64,000 nt of DNA, taken from assembly GCA_052327205.1 (NCBI GenBank), contig CM126210.1, positions 164,362,001 to 164,426,000 on the forward strand. The letters run 5' to 3'. The stretch comes from Somniosus microcephalus. Lineage: Eukaryota. The translations under genes and the position numbers were made by a program. Numbering within the stretch: position 1 is the first letter of the stretch; the number at the start of each line of letters is the position of its first letter. The notes under the pieces are model-generated. The model made no database searches. It had not been told where the DNA came from and saw nothing but the letters and a program-made list of their open reading frames with translations. This document shows, in pieces, positions 63,648 to 64,000 of this stretch.

Positions 63648-64000
63648 GTAACAGATTTCGTTGCATTGGCATAAATATTTTAAATGCAAACTTTCCTTCT
63701 GCTTTATAATTTCTCGGGAGTGGGGGAGAGAGCTCCAACTTCTGATCAGTCAGTAGCTTGGCAGCAGCAACGAAAGATAATCAGAGTTTGTTTCTCTCTC
63801 ACAAAACCAGGCAAAACAATATTGCAAGTCAATCCTTTATATAAAAAAGTTACCGGACAAAAACATCCATGACCTTTGTACTCTGCGGGTATTGCTTTCG
63901 GTTGTATAATGCCATGGATCCGAATTCATCGCTTGCTGGCTAATTGTTAGTTAATTGTATTTTCCTGCAAATTACCATACTGTGTTAACTTCTGTTAAAG

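Overview
This is vertebrate genomic DNA. The repeat content (HE1-like V-SINEs, DeuSINE-like SINEs, esterase-type CR1 LINEs, Penelope elements, Harbinger MITEs) points to a cartilaginous fish, which is an inference. Two host genes are present, both on the + strand. The first is the last eight coding exons (3539-31785) of an intermediate filament (IF) gene whose 5' part lies before the window. Its rod is exactly collinear with vimentin, but it combines type II/III intron positions (96-nt exon) with type IV neurofilament positions (125-nt exon). The second is coding exon 1 of PRDM13 (63507-63647), preceded by about 8 kb with almost no recognisable transposons. The rest is mostly nested mobile DNA. 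One nest sits in an IF intron: MITE > MITE > Mag-like Gypsy > CR1. Penelope copies carry minimal hammerhead ribozymes, including a tiny fold-back insertion, and there is a decayed Harbinger. A CsRN1-like Gypsy has its 5' LTR split by a 6-kb pol-less endogenous retrovirus-like element with a lokiretrovirus-like env remnant and a coiled-coil ORF. Family assignments come from motif recognition by eye, not database searches.
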